DNA of 64,000 bases from Pseudomonadota bacterium (lineage in GTDB: Bacteria > Pseudomonadota > Gammaproteobacteria > Burkholderiales > SG8-39): contig JBBPIU010000002.1 in assembly GCA_038040245.1 (NCBI GenBank), forward strand, positions 2,651-66,650, read 5' to 3'. The notes beneath the pieces are model-generated. The model ran no database searches. It was not told where the DNA came from and saw only the letters and a list, made by a program, of their open reading frames with translations. Position numbers and translations under genes: made by a program. Shown in pieces: positions 42,733 to 52,394 of the stretch (its first letter is position 1; every line of letters starts with the position of its first letter).

Positions 42733-43467
42733 ATGCGAACCCTCCTGCTGTTAGCCGCGCTACTGAGCGCGTCCGAATGGACATTGGCGCAAGCACGTAC
42801 CCGACCCGACCCCGCGAAGCCGAGCACAACCGCGCCGCCACCCTCATACCAGTCTGCTTTTTCCGATTACCAGCCGTTTCGGGACGAAAAAGTCAGGTCG
42901 TGGAAAGACGTCAACCAGGAAGTCGCGGACAACCCCGGCATGGGTTCGATGAAACACGGACCGGGAATGCCCATGCCCGGCATGGATGCGAAAGCCGGCG
43001 ACGCGACGAAGGGAAAGGATGGCACGGCCGGCCACGATATGGGATCGATGAAAGACAAGCCGGGCAAGACCATGCCCGGAATGGATAAGCCATCCGCCAC
43101 CGCGCCGAAGAGCAAGGAAGGTCACGACGCGATGGCGATGGCCAAGCCGCAAACGACACCTGGCCAGACCGCCGGCATTCAGACTGCTCGCATTACCGGC
43201 ACAGGCAGCGTGCAACTAGTCGACAAGGCCAACGGCAAAGTAAAGCTCACCCACGATCCGATTGCGGCAATGGGCTGGCCGAAGATGACCATGTTCTTTC
43301 GATTGAAGGAACGCTCGCTCGCGGACCAGGTGAAGGAAGGTGACAAGGTCGAGTTCACGCTGGAGAAATCGGCCTCTGGCTACGTCATTTCCGGTTTCCA
43401 AAAGTCGATTTCCGAATCAAACCCCGCTGTCAATGTTCCCAAACCGGCCGGGCACGGCAAGCATTGA
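42733..43467 (+). CDS. Periplasmic protein with an N-terminal Met/His-rich repeat region fused to a CusF-like domain
   Basis: Signal peptide. Repeats GMGSMKHGPGMPMPGMD and HDMGSMKDKPGKTMPGMD. C-terminal KVKLTHDPIAAMGWPKMTMFF...GDKVEF is CusF-like. Confidence 0.8.
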   Translation: MRTLLLLAALLSASEWTLAQARTRPDPAKPSTTAPPPSYQSAFSDYQPFRDEKVRSWKDVNQEVADNPGMGSMKHGPGMPMPGMDAKAGDATKGKDGTAGHDMGSMKDKPGKTMPGMDKPSATAPKSKEGHDAMAMAKPQTTPGQTAGIQTARITGTGSVQLVDKANGKVKLTHDPIAAMGWPKMTMFFRLKERSLADQVKEGDKVEFTLEKSASGYVISGFQKSISESNPAVNVPKPAGHGKH

Positions 43468-43505
43468 ACTTCTTTGACAGACCAACCGTCACCCAGGAGA
43501 GAATC

Positions 43506-43994
43506 ATGATTCGTACGCTTCTAGCCACCGCCCTATCCATCGCGGTCGTTTCTGGACAAGTTCTCGCGCACGGCGAAGCGAAGCACGACAAGAAGGCGGC
43601 CAAGCCGGTCTCGACGGAGGAGAAGCCGTTCGGGCGCGAAGGCGATCCGAAAAAAGCGTCACGCACCGTGAAAGTCAATATGAGCGACAAGCTGCGCTTC
43701 ACGCCCGCCAGCCTGACAGTCAAGCAGGGTGAAACCGTGAAGTTCGTCGTGAAAAATAGCGGCAAGCTCATGCACGAGATGGTGCTCGGCACGATGCAGG
43801 AGTTGAAGGAGCACGCCGCGATGATGCAGAAACATCCGACCATGGAACACGATGAGCCGTACATGGCGCATGTCGCGCCCGGCAAGACCGAAACCATGGC
43901 CTGGCAGTTCACCAAGGCAGGCGAGTTCTACTTCGGATGTCTAGTCCCCGGCCATTTCGAGGGCGGGATGATCGGCAAGTTGTCGGTCAAGTAA
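43506..43994 (+). CDS. Cupredoxin (plastocyanin/azurin-like, CopI-like) copper protein
   Basis: Signal peptide. Type-1 Cu ligands in LMHEMV and GCLVPGHFEGGM. GGAGAG RBS before ATG 43506. Confidence 0.8.
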   Translation: MIRTLLATALSIAVVSGQVLAHGEAKHDKKAAKPVSTEEKPFGREGDPKKASRTVKVNMSDKLRFTPASLTVKQGETVKFVVKNSGKLMHEMVLGTMQELKEHAAMMQKHPTMEHDEPYMAHVAPGKTETMAWQFTKAGEFYFGCLVPGHFEGGMIGKLSVK

Positions 43995-44031
43995 TCGAAT
44001 ACCTCAATCACCTTATTGCAAAGGAAATGCC

Positions 44032-44355
44032 ATGAACCGAATTTTCGCGACGATCGTTGCCACCGCTATTGCTATTGGCGCTGCGCCAGCTCTGGCCGAC
44101 AAGGGCCACGCCAAGCAGCAAGCCCGCGCGACCGAGATGATCGACGGTGAAGTCCGCAAAGTGGACAAGGACGCAAAGAAGCTCACCATCAAGCACGGCC
44201 CTATGCCGAGTCTCGACATGCCGGCTATGACCATGGTGTTCCAGGTCAAGGAATCCGCAATGCTTGAGCAGGTGAAAGCGGGCGACAAGGTGAAGTTTGA
44301 AGCTCAAAAGCTCGGCGGCGCCTTCACCGTGACGAAGATCGAGATGGCGAAATGA
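44032..44355 (+). CDS. cusF: Periplasmic copper chaperone CusF
   Basis: 107 aa, signal peptide, KLTIKHGPMPSLDMPAMTMVFQV...GDKVKF. Confidence 0.85.
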   Translation: MNRIFATIVATAIAIGAAPALADKGHAKQQARATEMIDGEVRKVDKDAKKLTIKHGPMPSLDMPAMTMVFQVKESAMLEQVKAGDKVKFEAQKLGGAFTVTKIEMAK

Positions 44356-44876
44356 CGCGCGGCCTTGCAGCGGTTCTGGCATTTGCCGCGACTTCCGCGA
44401 TGGCGCAGCACCAGCCCTACGCCGGGCAGGAGGATCGAGAAATCAAGGCGCTCTCGCCCGAGGAGGTGAAGCAGTATCTGTCAGGGGCTGGGATGGGCTA
44501 TGCGAAACCCGCGGAGCTGAACCGTTTTCCCGGCCCGATGCACGTGCTGGAACTCGCGGACAAGCTAGATCTCACGCCGGATCAGCAGGTACGCACGAAA
44601 TCGTTGATGGACGCCCACAAGGCCGAGGCGCGCGCAATCGGCGCGAAGAAGGTGGATTCCGAGCGCGCCATTGAGGCGTTGTTTCGTTCCGGCAAAGTGG
44701 ACGAAGCGGTGCTGGCGGATAGCGTGGGGAAGGCCGCGGCGCTGGAAGGGGAATACCGCCTCGCGCACCTGGAGACGCACCGGCGGATGCGTGCTCTGCT
44801 CACCGAGGAACAGATCGCGCGCTACGACCGCTTGCGCGGCTACGGTTCTGGCGGCGAGCACCGGAGCCGCCACTAG
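44352..44876 (+). CDS. Spy/CpxP/ZraP-family periplasmic protein (LTXXQ motifs)
   Basis: ATGA overlap with cusF. LTPDQQ and LTEEQ motifs. Signal peptide. Confidence 0.7.
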   Translation: MTRGLAAVLAFAATSAMAQHQPYAGQEDREIKALSPEEVKQYLSGAGMGYAKPAELNRFPGPMHVLELADKLDLTPDQQVRTKSLMDAHKAEARAIGAKKVDSERAIEALFRSGKVDEAVLADSVGKAAALEGEYRLAHLETHRRMRALLTEEQIARYDRLRGYGSGGEHRSRH

Positions 44877-45215
44877 ATGCCAATGCGCGCGACATCGGCC
44901 TGCCCGGACTCGTCTCAAGCGCCGGATATCCGGCTCGTCACGGCTGCACTTGGCACCGGCCTTTCGTTCGTTTTCGCGTGCCCGGCGGTCGCGGCCGCGG
45001 GATTCGCGGCGCTCGCCGCGACGCTCGCAGGGCTGTCCCGCGGTCTGCGCGGCACCGGAGGATTGAGCGCGGGCTTCGTGGTGCTCCTCGCCGCCGGGGC
45101 GCTGGCGCTGCTGCGCCCGGAGGCTTGGATCTGCGTAGCGGCGGCAACGGCCATCGGTGCATTGCTGGCGTCCGACCACGTGCGAGCCGCCGGCGCGGCG
45201 TCTTTGCGTTTCTAG
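44877..45215 (+). CDS. Hypothetical membrane protein
   Basis: ATG directly abuts the preceding stop. Two to three hydrophobic segments. Third codon positions look mostly G/C (by eye). No family recognised. Confidence 0.35.
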   Translation: MPMRATSACPDSSQAPDIRLVTAALGTGLSFVFACPAVAAAGFAALAATLAGLSRGLRGTGGLSAGFVVLLAAGALALLRPEAWICVAAATAIGALLASDHVRAAGAASLRF

Positions 45216-45227
45216 GGCTACAATCGC

Positions 45228-45605
45228 ATGATGCTGCCCCGTTCCTCGCTTCGCCGAATCGCGCGTGCCGTGCTTTGCGCAAGCCTTTTCGCCCAGGCGG
45301 CACTCGCCGCGGCCGCCTGCGACTGGCTGCGCGTTGCCCCCGCGCAGGCCCTCATGGCAAAGGCGGGCGAACCATCCTGTCACGAAGAGCCGGCGCGCAA
45401 CGCGAACCTCTGTCTCGCGCATTGCCTCGGTGCCGACCAGAGTACGGATACGCCGCAAGTCGCGATCCCCGTATGGAGCCAAGCATTTCTTCTGGTGGCT
45501 GTGGACATCGAGAGCGCACCAGCGCGCCAAGCGATCCTGCACTACACGTTGCCGCATCCCGGCGCGCCGCCGCCCCGCATCCTGTATCACTCCTTCCTGA
45601 TCTGA
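45228..45605 (+). CDS. Small Cys/His protein (HEEP...CxxHC motif), paralogue of 38887-39240
   Basis: SCHEEPARNANLCLAHC aligns with RHEEPGDDSNAKCGHC. Sits directly upstream of cusC, the position CzcI occupies in czc operons. Confidence 0.5.
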   Translation: MMLPRSSLRRIARAVLCASLFAQAALAAAACDWLRVAPAQALMAKAGEPSCHEEPARNANLCLAHCLGADQSTDTPQVAIPVWSQAFLLVAVDIESAPARQAILHYTLPHPGAPPPRILYHSFLI

Positions 45606-45625
45606 TCCTCCGCGCCTGACCTTGG

Positions 45626-45645
45626 CCGCCGGCAGCTGCCGGCGG
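45626..45645 (+). terminator. Perfect 20-nt palindrome (8-bp stem, 4-nt loop); possible attenuator before cusC
   Basis: CCGCCGGC-AGCT-GCCGGCGG followed by aggTTTcgcTTT. Flanked by CCTCCGC (45607-13) and GCGGAGG (45658-64, which includes the cusC SD). Confidence 0.4.
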
Positions 45646-45669
45646 AGGTTTCGCTTTGCGGAGGATTTC

Positions 45670-46902
45670 ATGCGTAATGAATTACTGTTCGTGGCGGCTC
45701 TTGCTGCCGCTACCCCTGCCTTGGGGCAGGTTCTCACTCTCGATGAGGCGCGCAGCCGCGCGCTCGAAGGCCAGCCCGCTCTGCGCGCGCTGGAGCTGAA
45801 TGCCCGCGCCGCGGACGAGTCCTCGGTGGCGGACGGGGCGCTGCCTGATCCGCGCCTCAAGCTCGGCGCGCTCAACTTCCCGACGCGCGGCTTTCCGGGC
45901 GCGCGCGACGACATGACGCAGGTCGGCATCAGCTGGGAGCAGATGATTCCCGGGGGCGACAAGCGCCGGCTGCGCACCGAGCGTACGCAGGCCGAGGCCG
46001 AACAGGCGCGCGCCGAGGCGTTGGGAATACGCCAGATGATCCTGCGCGATGTCGGGCAGGCCTGGGTCGACGCCTGGCTCGCGGCTGAAAACGCGCGTCT
46101 CATTGGCGAGGTGGCGAAGGAGTACGAGCGCGGCATCGAGCTCGCGCGCATCGCCCTCGGTTCCGGCCGCGGCTCGCAGGCCGACGTCCTGGCCGCGCGC
46201 CAGTTGCTGAACCAGGCCGCGGATCGGCGACTGGAGTTTGGGGCGCAATCCGAGCGTTCGCGCGCGAACCTAGCCCGCTGGGTTCCGGAGGCGGCGGCAC
46301 GCCCGCTGCCGGACAGCCTGCCCGGCTTTCCCGCGCCAGCACCCGTCGCGGCACTGCGCGAGGCGCTTGAATCGCATCCGCTGCAGCGAACGCTTGCGCG
46401 CGCGCAGGGCGTGGCCAACGCCGACACCGCCCTCGCGCGCGAAGCGTCCTCGCCCGATCGCTCGGTCGAGGTCGGGTACTTCGCGCGCAGCGGCGGGCGC
46501 TCCGACATGCTGATGTTCCAGATGGCGTTCGAACTGCCGTTCTACGCCGATAAGAAGCAGAACCGTCTGCTCGAAGCGAAATTACGGCTGGCCGAGCGCG
46601 TGCGCGAGCAGCGCGCCGATCAATTGCGGCAGCTGCGCGCCGAGCTGGAAGCGGCATACGCCGAATGGCGGATCGCCGGCGAACGGCTGAGGAACGTTTC
46701 GGAAGCGATCCTGCCTGACGCGAGAGCGCGTCTCGACACTCTGGTCGTCGGCCATGGCGCGAGCACTGTGCCGCTCGCACAGGTGTTCGATGCGCGGCGG
46801 CAACTGATTGAGGCGCGCATGCAGGAACTTGTTCTGCGTGCCGCGCAGGCGAAGGCGCGCGTGGCGCTGCAGTATTTCGAGATCGAAGGGACGCAACCAT
46901 GA
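45670..46902 (+). CDS. cusC: Heavy-metal efflux outer-membrane factor (CusC/CzcC family)
   Basis: ATG 45670 after GGAGGA. Signal peptide and OEP repeats. First gene of the CBA order. Confidence 0.85.
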   Translation: MRNELLFVAALAAATPALGQVLTLDEARSRALEGQPALRALELNARAADESSVADGALPDPRLKLGALNFPTRGFPGARDDMTQVGISWEQMIPGGDKRRLRTERTQAEAEQARAEALGIRQMILRDVGQAWVDAWLAAENARLIGEVAKEYERGIELARIALGSGRGSQADVLAARQLLNQAADRRLEFGAQSERSRANLARWVPEAAARPLPDSLPGFPAPAPVAALREALESHPLQRTLARAQGVANADTALAREASSPDRSVEVGYFARSGGRSDMLMFQMAFELPFYADKKQNRLLEAKLRLAERVREQRADQLRQLRAELEAAYAEWRIAGERLRNVSEAILPDARARLDTLVVGHGASTVPLAQVFDARRQLIEARMQELVLRAAQAKARVALQYFEIEGTQP

Positions 46903-48392
46903 ATAAAACCAAAATTGCGATCGCTGTTGCGACCGGCATCGCGCTCGCCGTGGGTGGTTTCTTCATCGGGCAGAGACGCGCCCACCAGCAGATGGTGGCG
47001 GAGCCTGCGCCGGCGGTCCCCGGATCGGCCGAGCGCAAGGCCCTCTATTACCACGACCCGATGTACCCGCAGCAGAAGTTCGACAAGCCGGGAAAGTCGC
47101 CGTTCATGGACATGCAGTTGGTGCCGGTCTACGCGAACGACAAGGGTGGGGAGGGCGGCGTCACGGTAAGCGCGCGCGCGCAGCAGAACCTCGGCATGCG
47201 CACCGCGCTGGCCGAGGTCATGGAGTTCCGGCAGGAAATGCCCGCGGTAGGAACCGTGCAGGCCGACGAGCGGCGCATCGCGCGCGCCGAAGTGCGGACG
47301 GCGGGGTGGGTCGAAAAGCTGCACGTGCGTGCGGTGAACGATGCGGTTCGCGCGGGGCAGGTGTTGGCCGAGATCTATTCGCCCGAACTGCTCGCGGCGC
47401 AGGAAGAGTACCTGCTCGCCCGGCGTATGGTGCAGGCGAACGCTGCGGAGGAACCGCTTGCACGCGCTGGGCGCCGGAGACTCGAATTGATGGGTCTTGC
47501 CGACGGAGAAATCAGAAAGCTCGAGCAGTCCGGTACGGCAAGCCGGAGGGTACCGCTTGTCGCACCGATCTCCGGCATCGTGAGCGAGCTGGGCGTTCGG
47601 GAGGGCGCCATGGTGCAGGCCGGCGCGCCGGCATTTACGCTGACCGATCTGTCCTCGGTATGGATCGTGGTGGAAGTACCCGAGGCGCAGGGCGCCTTGC
47701 TCCGGCCCGGCCTGCGCGCTGAGGTCAGCGTACAAACGGTGCCCGGCAAGACCTTCGAGGGGAAGCTGGACTACGTCTATCCCGAACTGAACGCGCAGAC
47801 GCGCACGCTCAAGGCGCGCATCGCGTTGGCCAACCCGCGGCTCGAACTCAAGCCGGGCATGTTCGTCACCGCCGCCCTGGTCTCTGCCGCGCGCAAGGTG
47901 CTCGCCGTGCCGACAGAGGCGGTCATTCAGACGGGTACGCGCAGCGTGGTGATCGTCATGGCTGGCGAACGCTTCCGGGCCGCGACGGTGAAGGCCGGCG
48001 CGGAGATGGCCGGACGCACGGAGATTCTGGAAGGCCTGAAGCCCGGCGAGCGCGTGGTCTCCTCGGGCCAGTTCCTGATCGATTCCGAGTCAAGCCTGAA
48101 GGGTGCATTGGATCGCCTGGAGGGTCCCGCGGAGACGCCATCCAAGGGAAGAACGCATCAGGGACGCGGTAAGGTCATCGATATAGATGCGGCGAAAGGG
48201 CGCGTCGAGCTGGACCACGAGCCGATCCCCTCCATGAAATGGCCGCAGATGAAGATGGGCTTCGGCGTTGCCGACAAGGCGGCGCTGGCGAAGCTGAAAA
48301 AAGGCGACGCCGTCGAGTTCGATCTTCGTGGCGAACCCGATAAGGACGGCAACTACCTGATCGAGAAGATCGCGCCGCGGAGCGCGAAATGA
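46899..48392 (+). CDS. cusB: Heavy-metal efflux adaptor (CusB/CzcB) with a C-terminal CusF-like domain
   Basis: ATGA overlap with cusC. N-terminal [23 protein letters not shown] motif. The last ~75 aa ([22 protein letters not shown]...GDAVEF) are CusF-like. Confidence 0.9.
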   Translation: MNKTKIAIAVATGIALAVGGFFIGQRRAHQQMVAEPAPAVPGSAERKALYYHDPMYPQQKFDKPGKSPFMDMQLVPVYANDKGGEGGVTVSARAQQNLGMRTALAEVMEFRQEMPAVGTVQADERRIARAEVRTAGWVEKLHVRAVNDAVRAGQVLAEIYSPELLAAQEEYLLARRMVQANAAEEPLARAGRRRLELMGLADGEIRKLEQSGTASRRVPLVAPISGIVSELGVREGAMVQAGAPAFTLTDLSSVWIVVEVPEAQGALLRPGLRAEVSVQTVPGKTFEGKLDYVYPELNAQTRTLKARIALANPRLELKPGMFVTAALVSAARKVLAVPTEAVIQTGTRSVVIVMAGERFRAATVKAGAEMAGRTEILEGLKPGERVVSSGQFLIDSESSLKGALDRLEGPAETPSKGRTHQGRGKVIDIDAAKGRVELDHEPIPSMKWPQMKMGFGVADKAALAKLKKGDAVEFDLRGEPDKDGNYLIEKIAPRSAK

Positions 48393-51300
48393 TCGCCGGA
48401 CTGATCCGCTGGTCGATCGTCAACCGGTTCCTGGTGCTGATGGCGACCGTGCTGATCGCCGCCTGGGGCGTCTACGCGGTAATGAAGACGCCGCTCGACG
48501 CCATTCCCGATCTTTCCGATGTGCAGGTGATCATCCGCACGCCGTTTCCCGGCCAGGCGCCGCGCATCGTCGAGGACCAGGTGACTTATCCGCTCACCAC
48601 CACCATGGCCTCGGTGCCGGGGGCGAAGACGGTGCGCGGCTATTCGTTCTTCGGCGATTCGTTCGTCTACATCCTGTTCGAGGACGGCACCGATCCTTAC
48701 TGGGCGCGCTCGCGGGTGCTGGAGTACCTGAGCCAGGTGCAGTCGCGGCTGCCGCCGCAGGCCAAGCCCGCGCTCGGGCCCGATGCCACGGGCGTGGGCT
48801 GGATTTACCAGTACGCGCTGGTGGACCGCACGGGCCGCCACGACCTGGGCGAGCTGCGCGCGCTGCAGGACTGGTTTCTCAAGTTCGAACTGAAGACGCT
48901 GCCCAATGTGGCCGAAGTGGCCTCGGTGGGCGGCATGGTGCGCCAATACCAGGTGGTGCTCGACCCGGACAAGCTGCGCGCCTACGGCATTCCGCATACG
49001 CGCGTGGTTGCGGCGATACAGGGCGCCAACCGCGAAACCGGCGGCTCGGTGGTGGAACTCGGCGAGGCCGAGTACATGGTGCGCGCAAGCGGCTACCTGA
49101 AGACGCTGGATGACTTCCGCGCCATCCCCCTCATTACGTCCAAGGGCGGTATCGCGGTGACGCTGAAGGACGTCGCGCGCGTGCAGATCGGTCCGGAAAT
49201 GCGCCGCGGCATCTCGGAACTGGACGGCGAGGGCGAAGTCGCGGGCGGCGTCATCGTGATGCGCTCCGGCAAGAATGCGCTGGAGACGATCGCGGCGGTC
49301 AAGGCGAAACTGGAAGAACTGAAGAAGGGACTGCCGCAGGGTGTGGAGATCGTCGAAACCTACGATCGCTCCGGCCTGATCGAGCGCGCGGTGGCGCACC
49401 TGCGCGACAAGCTCGCCGAGGAATTCGTCGTGGTGGCGCTGGTGTGCGCCGTGTTCCTGCTGCATCTGCGCTCCGCGCTGGTCGCCATCGTGACACTGCC
49501 GCTTGGCGTGCTGGCTGCGTTCATCGTGATGTACTACCAAGGCGTGAACGCGAATATCCTGTCGCTCGGCGGGCTCGCGATCGCGATCGGGGCGATGGTG
49601 GACGCCGCGGTGGTGATGATCGAAAACGCCCATAAGAAACTTGAAGGCAGTTCGGCAGTGGGCGACGAGCGCTGGCGGTTGATCGGGGACGCGGCGGTCG
49701 AGGTCGGGCCGGCGCTGTTCTTCTCGCTGCTTGTGATCACTCTGTCGTTCATTCCGGTGTTCGCGCTGGAAGCGCAGGAGGGGCGCCTGTTCTCGCCACT
49801 CGCCTATACCAAGACCTATGCCATGGCTGCCTCGGCAATCCTGGCGGTGACACTGATCCCGGTGCTGATGGGTTACCTGATCCGGGGGCGCATTCCCGAG
49901 GAGCGAAAGAATCCCCTCAACCGTCTGCTGATCGCGGTGTATCGGCCGGTATTGGCTTGGGTGCTGCATTGGCCGAAGGCAACGCTGCTGATCGCGCTGG
50001 TGCTGCTGGTGCTGACGGCAATCCCGGTATCGCGCCTGGGCGGCGAGTTCCTGCCGCCGCTCTTCGAGGGCGATCTGCTCTACATGCCTTCCGCATTGCC
50101 CGGGCTCTCGCCCGCCAAGGCGGCTGAAATCCTGCAGCAGACCGACCGGCTGATCGCCACCGTGCCGGAGGTGAAGCGCGTGTTCGGCAAGATCGGCCGC
50201 GCCGAAACGGCGACCGATCCGGCGCCGCTCGAAATGGTCGAGACCACTGTGCAACTGAAGCCGCGCAGCGAATGGCGCCCGGGCATGACGCCGGAGAAGC
50301 TGGTCGAGGAACTGGATCGCCTGGTGCGCTTGCCGGGGCTGACCAACATCTGGATTCCCCCGATCCGCAACCGCATCGACATGCTCGCCACCGGCATCAA
50401 GAGTCCGCTCGGCATCAAGGTGTCCGGCAACGATCTGGCGGAGATCGAGCAGGTGGCGCAGGCGATCGAGCGGGCCGTGAAGGGCGTGCCCGGGGCATCT
50501 TCGGTGCTCGCCGAGCGCGTGACTGGGGGGCGCTACATCGACGTCACCATCGACCGGGCGGCGGCGGCGCGTTACGGGCTCAACATCGTTGACGTGCAAT
50601 CGGTGGTCGGCAGCGCAATTGGCGGCGAGACGGTCGGCGAGACCATCGAGGGCCGGCGCCGCTTTCCAATCAGCGTGCGCTATCCGCGTGAGCTGCGCGA
50701 CTCGCTGGAGAAGCTGAAAGCGCTGCCGATCGTGACCGAAGCGGGCGCGCAGATCACGTTAGGCACAGTAGCGAAGCTCGACATCTCGGACGGCCCGCCG
50801 ATGCTGCGCAGCGAGAACGCGCGGCTCGCGGGGTGGATCTACGTCGACATCCGGGGGCGCGACCTCGTTTCAGTGGTGAACGACGCGAAGCAGGCCGTCG
50901 CGCGCGAGGTCAAGCTGCCGCCGGGCGTCTCAATTGCCTGGTCCGGCCAGTTCGAGTTCCTCGAGCGCGCGCAGAAGCGGCTAGTCGTGGTGATCCCGTT
51001 CACGCTGGCGATCATCTTCGTGCTGCTGTACCTGGCGTTCCGGCGCTTCGACGAGGCGGCACTGATCATGGTGACGCTGCCGTTCGCGCTGATCGGCGGC
51101 TTCTGGACGCTGTACCTGCTCGGCCACAACCTGTCGGTGGCGGGCGCGGTCGGCTTCATCGCGCTCGCGGGCCTCGCCGCCGAGTTCGGCGTCGTCATGC
51201 TCCTTTACCTGAGAAATGCGCTCGCCGAGTATCCGCCCGAGAAGGTGCTCGATGCCATCGATCACGGCGCGGTGCAGCGCGTGCGCCCGAAAGCGATGAC

Positions 51301-51472
51301 CGTGGCGGTGATCCTCGGGGGCCTCGCGCCCATCATGTGGTCCGACGGCACCGGCGCCGAGGTGATGCAGCGAATCGCCGCACCGATGATCGGCGGCATG
51401 ATAACCGCACCGCTGCTGTCGATGCTCGTGATCCCGGCGGCGTACTATCTCATGCGGCGACGAAAAATCTAG
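48389..51472 (+). CDS. cusA: Heavy-metal efflux RND pump (CusA/CzcA family)
   Basis: 1027 aa. ATGA overlap with cusB. HME-RND N-terminus [17 protein letters not shown]. Confidence 0.9.
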   Translation: MIAGLIRWSIVNRFLVLMATVLIAAWGVYAVMKTPLDAIPDLSDVQVIIRTPFPGQAPRIVEDQVTYPLTTTMASVPGAKTVRGYSFFGDSFVYILFEDGTDPYWARSRVLEYLSQVQSRLPPQAKPALGPDATGVGWIYQYALVDRTGRHDLGELRALQDWFLKFELKTLPNVAEVASVGGMVRQYQVVLDPDKLRAYGIPHTRVVAAIQGANRETGGSVVELGEAEYMVRASGYLKTLDDFRAIPLITSKGGIAVTLKDVARVQIGPEMRRGISELDGEGEVAGGVIVMRSGKNALETIAAVKAKLEELKKGLPQGVEIVETYDRSGLIERAVAHLRDKLAEEFVVVALVCAVFLLHLRSALVAIVTLPLGVLAAFIVMYYQGVNANILSLGGLAIAIGAMVDAAVVMIENAHKKLEGSSAVGDERWRLIGDAAVEVGPALFFSLLVITLSFIPVFALEAQEGRLFSPLAYTKTYAMAASAILAVTLIPVLMGYLIRGRIPEERKNPLNRLLIAVYRPVLAWVLHWPKATLLIALVLLVLTAIPVSRLGGEFLPPLFEGDLLYMPSALPGLSPAKAAEILQQTDRLIATVPEVKRVFGKIGRAETATDPAPLEMVETTVQLKPRSEWRPGMTPEKLVEELDRLVRLPGLTNIWIPPIRNRIDMLATGIKSPLGIKVSGNDLAEIEQVAQAIERAVKGVPGASSVLAERVTGGRYIDVTIDRAAAARYGLNIVDVQSVVGSAIGGETVGETIEGRRRFPISVRYPRELRDSLEKLKALPIVTEAGAQITLGTVAKLDISDGPPMLRSENARLAGWIYVDIRGRDLVSVVNDAKQAVAREVKLPPGVSIAWSGQFEFLERAQKRLVVVIPFTLAIIFVLLYLAFRRFDEAALIMVTLPFALIGGFWTLYLLGHNLSVAGAVGFIALAGLAAEFGVVMLLYLRNALAEYPPEKVLDAIDHGAVQRVRPKAMTVAVILGGLAPIMWSDGTGAEVMQRIAAPMIGGMITAPLLSMLVIPAAYYLMRRRKI

Positions 51473-51473
51473 G

Positions 51474-51686
51474 TCAGCTGCAGCAGACGCGGCTCTGCTG
51501 CACCGGCGGGCAGGCCACGGAGCCGTAGCTGCAAAATACGCAGCAGTCGCCGGCTTTCGGCTTGCTGCGCGCGCCGCAGGCAGGGCAGTGCCAGAAGAAC
51601 ATGCAGGCATCGGTCGGCATGGTCTCGAGGCTCGCTTGCCCGCACGCCGGGCAGGTAAGAGTGCTTGCGAGGATCGGCGCGTTCAC
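51474..51686 (-). CDS. GDCCVxC-domain small Cys-rich protein (mer-associated, function unknown)
   Basis: GTG start overlapping the merP stop (GTGA). CPACG, HCPACG, GDCCVFC and a terminal CCS. 70 aa. Confidence 0.7.
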   Translation of the reverse strand: MNAPILASTLTCPACGQASLETMPTDACMFFWHCPACGARSKPKAGDCCVFCSYGSVACPPVQQSRVCCS

Positions 51687-51973
51687 TTGGTGCTTCTCGG
51701 CGCAGACGGAAAACCCGCGCCGGCGGTCGCCTTGGTGAGCTGATCGACGCCGGTCTTGGCGTCGTCGTAGGTGACGGTCGCCGACTTTTCCTCGTAGCTC
51801 GCCTTGGCCTCGATCACGCCCGGCACCTTCTTCAGGGCGCGGCTGACCGTGAGCGGGCACGCGGTGCAATACATACCCTGCACGTCGAGCGTCACCGTGC
51901 GTGGCTCGGCCACCGCCGCGAGTGGCGCAAAGGCGAGCGCGAGGGTCGTGCTAACCGACCAGATACGGCGCAT
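51683..51973 (-). CDS. merP: Periplasmic mercury-binding protein MerP
   Basis: Signal peptide and HMA motif GMYCTACP. Follows merT. Confidence 0.85.
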   Translation of the reverse strand: MRRIWSVSTTLALAFAPLAAVAEPRTVTLDVQGMYCTACPLTVSRALKKVPGVIEAKASYEEKSATVTYDDAKTGVDQLTKATAGAGFPSAPRSTK

Positions 51974-52343
51974 AGAAGGGAAACAGCACCAGCGCCTTGG
52001 CGAAGACGAGTGTCGTCCAGAACGCGATCCGCTGTTTGCGTCGCCCGAGAACAGTGATGCAGGTGCCATCGGGCGCGCATGGCGCAGGCTTGAGATAGAG
52101 GCGGTAGAACGCGAATCCAAAGAACGCGAGCGCCGCGGCGACGAACAAATAGTAATAATCCTGGAGGGCGCGCAGGTTCGCGAGCCAGGCGCCGCCGATC
52201 CCGAGCGTCACCAGCACGAACGGCCCCGCACAACAGACCGAGGCACCCAGCGCCGCCGTAACGCCGGCCGCAATCGAGCCGCCGGTCTTGACCTCGTCAG
52301 AGACCTTGATGCTTTCCGAAACCCTGGCTGCGATCGAATCCAT
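51951..52343 (-). CDS. merT: Mercuric ion transport protein MerT
   Basis: First-TM vicinal Cys pair (ASVCCAGP), second Cys pair (CAPDGTC), C-terminal FPFYAPYL. Confidence 0.85.
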   Translation of the reverse strand: MDSIAARVSESIKVSDEVKTGGSIAAGVTAALGASVCCAGPFVLVTLGIGGAWLANLRALQDYYYLFVAAALAFFGFAFYRLYLKPAPCAPDGTCITVLGRRKQRIAFWTTLVFAKALVLFPFYAPYLVG

Positions 52344-52351
52344 CGGGCGAT

Positions 52352-52383
52352 AGTCTAAGCTCCGTAGCTGGGTACGGAGTCAA
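52352..52383 (-). promoter_or_regulatory. mer operator/promoter (PmerT, divergent from merR)
   Basis: Minus strand: TTGACT-CCGTACCCAGCTACGGAGC(T)-TAGACT. Dyad CTCCGTA-N6-TACGGAG (52360-52379). Closely resembles my recollection of Tn501 merOP (TTGACTCCGTAC...GTACGGA). Confidence 0.8.
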
Positions 52384-52394
52384 GGGGATGGCAA

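Noticed and set aside
51951-51973. The 23-nt merT/merP overlap as evidence of a frameshift or mis-assembly.
   Set aside because: Both proteins have normal termini: the MerT C-terminus FPFYAPYLVG and the MerP signal peptide starting MRRIWSV. The overlap is unusual but self-consistent.
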